DNA of 64,000 nt, taken from Stegostoma tigrinum (lineage: Eukaryota). Below the pieces are notes generated by a model, which did no database searches, was not told where the DNA came from, and saw only the letters and a program-made list of their open reading frames with translations. Position 1 is the stretch's first letter. Every line of letters begins with the position of its first letter. This document shows, in pieces, positions 60,985-64,000 of this stretch. The stretch covers positions 51,159,424 to 51,223,423 of the forward strand of contig NC_081360.1 of the NCBI RefSeq assembly GCF_030684315.1, given 5' to 3'. The translations under genes were made by a program, and so were the position numbers.

Positions 60985-62140
60985 TTCCTGTTCATTCCTG
61001 GGCTGTGAATGATGCTGGCAATCCCTAATTGCCATTTTTTGTTGCTTTTGAGATGGTGGTGATGAGCTGCCTTTTTGAACAGATGCAGTCGATTTGATTT
61101 AGGTATACCGGCAATACCATGAGGGATGGAGTTCCAGGAATTTGACCAAGTACCACTGAAGGCAAAAATTATTTCCAAGTTTGGATGCTGAATGGCTTGG
61201 CGAGGAACTTGCAGTTGGTCGTGTACCTGTATTTGTATTTGTAACAATCATGGGTTCAGAACATGTTTGCTTAGAAGCTTTTGTGAATTTCTGCTCTGCA
61301 TCTTGTACTTGGTACACACGACAGCTACTGATTGTCAGTGGAGAAGGGGATGAATGTTTATGCATGTGTTACCAGTCCAGCGGGCTGTTTTGTCCTGGAT
61401 GGCATCAATCTTCTTGAATATTGTTGGAGCTGCTTTCATCCAGGCAAGTGGGGAGCATTCCATCACACTTCTGACTTGTCCCTGGTAGATGGTCAACAGT
61501 CTTTGGGGAATCAGTAAGTGCTGCAGGATTCCTTGCCCTTGATGTGCTGTTCTGGCTACAGTATTTATATGACTAATCTTGATCAGTTTCTGGTGTACGG
61601 TAACTCTCTGCCTGTTGATAAAGGGGGATTCAGTGATGGTTATGCTGGTCAGCACAAATTTGGATAGTGTCTAGATTTTGCTCTTGTTGGACATAAGTTG
61701 CTTCAGTATCTGGTGAGTCACAAATGGAGTTAAACATGAATCATCAGAGAACATTACCACTTCTGACCTTATGATGAGTGAAGGTTATTGATGAAGGAAC
61801 TGAAGATGGTTGGATCAAGACATTACCATGTGGAACTCCTGTAGAGATGTCCTGGAGCTGAAATGACTGACCTTCAACAGCAATAATCATTATCCTTTGT
61901 TTCAAATATGACTCAAACTATCAGAGATTTTTCCTTTTGATTATCATTAACTCCAGTTTTATTAGGGCTTTTTGACTCCACACTTAGTTTAATGTGGCCT
62001 TGATTCAAAGCCAGTCACTTTTACCTTGCCCTAGAACTCAGCTATTTTGACCATAATTAACAAGGGCTGTAATGAGGTCAGGAGCTGAGTGGCCCTGGTA
62101 GAACTAGATTAAGTGTCAGTGAACAGTTTATTGCTTTATT
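60985..62140 (-). mobile_element. CR1/L2-group LINE (family B) 3' fragment
   Basis: ORF 61335..61655: LLTIYQGQVRSVMECSPLAWMKAAPTIFKKIDAIQDK. Confidence 0.78.
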
Positions 62141-63304
62141 GCTATTGACACATTATCAAAATGGAGACAAGCGTAGCAACATTTTCCAGACTTTATTATA
62201 TTTTTAAAATTTTATAAGTTGAAGGACCTCTCAAATTTCAAATCTAATGTGGATCTTGCTTTTGCACACCTCCTGTGCAACCTTAACTTTGTATGACTCA
62301 CTTTGTTCAATCACCATATGCTCTCTGTGTATCCTTGTATGTTATGATCTGCCTGTACTGCACACAAAACGGAACTTTTCACTACACTTAAGTATATGTG
62401 ACAGCAGTAAATCAAATCAACTCAAAACGTGGGTGCTTGGAGCTGCTTTTTGCATTCTCTGTTGCATATCCCATTGAATCATTGTTGATCCTCCAGCTGA
62501 AAAGTAAAGGTTGTGTTGCATCATAAGGTAGTAATTGTGCTGGTTAATGAATTTATTGCAAAGAGCCCATAGTTCCCACTTGGCTGTTTCATTACTTTGA
62601 TTCATTTTGAGTAACAGTAATGCCAACTCCCCTACCCTGGACAAATATTATGTGCTAATCATTTCTACTGCTGGCACCTTAGGCTGTTATGCATATGCCA
62701 AGTAAATTGGCGGGGTTTGGTATAATAATTGAACGCACCCTTTTGGTTATTTTACTTTAGTTGTATCAATTGAACTTTCAGCACAACTATTAAATCTTTG
62801 ACTAAGGAAATAGTTACTCCTGTTTCACTTTTCTGGGTGGTTACTTCTGCCTTCATAAGATTGTAGCATGAGCTTTCCTCTGATTTGACTGATGCATTTT
62901 TCAGCACTCCTAGTTGATAATTCACTTATTAGGGATGGGCAATGGCTAACAAAAACAAAAATTGCTGGAGAAATTCAGTATGTTCAGCAGCATCAGTGGA
63001 GAAGAAAGAGTTAACATTTCAGATCTAGTTACCGTGCTTTAAATCCCTGCTCGTGGCATACTGTGACAGACCTTGAATCGTTGCTGCATTTTTGAGAGCA
63101 AAGCACCATGTCTAGACATTATGGTCTCTTTAAAAAAACACAGGAATTTAATTTGCAAAATGAAAACAGAAAAAAAGCTGGGAATAGCTAGCAGGTCTTG
63201 CAGTGTCTTTGGAAATAGAAACAGAAGACAGAATTTGATGCCCTCCCTGGTTAGTTTGGTTGGCAGAAGCATTTGATTGAGCAGGAGCAGGACAGGTGGA
63301 GACT

Positions 63305-63660
63305 TTCTTTATTCACTCATAGGATGTGAGCATCAATGGCTAGGCCAGCATTCATTGCCCATCCCTAATTTCTCATAGTACAATTGAGAGTCAACCACTT
63401 TGCTGTGGATCTGGAGTCACACATAGGCCAGACCAGGTAAAGATAGCAGTTTCCAACCTTAAAGGAAAATAGTGAACCAAATAGATTTTTTTTCCAGACA
63501 ATCAACAATGGTTTCACAGTCATCATTAGACTCTCAATTCTAGATTTTTATTAAATTCAAATTCCATCTTTGTTGGACTGAAACCCAGGTACCCAGAACA
63601 TTACCTGGGTCTCTGGATTTAAAAGTCTAGTGATAATACCACTTGGCCATTGCCTCCCCA
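63305..63660 (-). mobile_element. tRNA-derived SINE (same family as 39601-39976)
   Basis: reverse complement of the 39601 element, including the tail. Confidence 0.78.
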
Positions 63661-64000
63661 CTGCCATTTCGCAAGCACACAGATTAGTTCCATGGGCAGA
63701 AGATCTGTGGTTGGCCTTCCCATCCCACTGCCAATTGAGTCACTTATTTGGGCAATCACTGGCCTGCTTAAGGCCTCATCCAACCTCCTGGTTTTCACCC
63801 AGTAGCAGCTTGGGGATCAGTACATAGGAAGCTTGAAAAGCAAACCCTGGCTTGTTTGTTTGCCTGTTTCCAATGCCTGAACAAGGGACCCATTTTGGGA
63901 GTGTTGGAGCGGTCTGATCAGAGCCATTCTCCAGCCTGTGCCTGTGACCATTACCCTTTCCACTTCCGCCTGCAGTAATTCAGCTGCATCTAGAACCATC

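Overview
Eukaryotic genomic DNA, most likely from a cartilaginous fish (an HE1-type V-SINE and other shark-like repeats are present). The + strand carries six consecutive motor-domain exons of myosin IIIB (MYO3B), with compatible splice phases and GT-AG introns. The introns are dense with repeats: CR1 LINEs, a second CR1/L2-group LINE, tRNA-derived SINEs, a solo LTR and many Penelope-like elements (PLEs). Two things stand out. (1) An old, antisense, pol-less class III (ERV-L/ERV-S-like) provirus at about 37234-44711, with two LTRs, a TSD, a putative tRNA-Ser PBS, an ERV-L-like gag, an unidentified ORF region where pol should be, and a decayed env. (2) Repeated palindromic PLE-terminus insertions with 9-17 bp TSDs, an asymmetric tail of about 35-40 nt and a hammerhead-ribozyme-like core. 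Family assignments come from recalled motifs, not database searches, and repeat boundaries are approximate.
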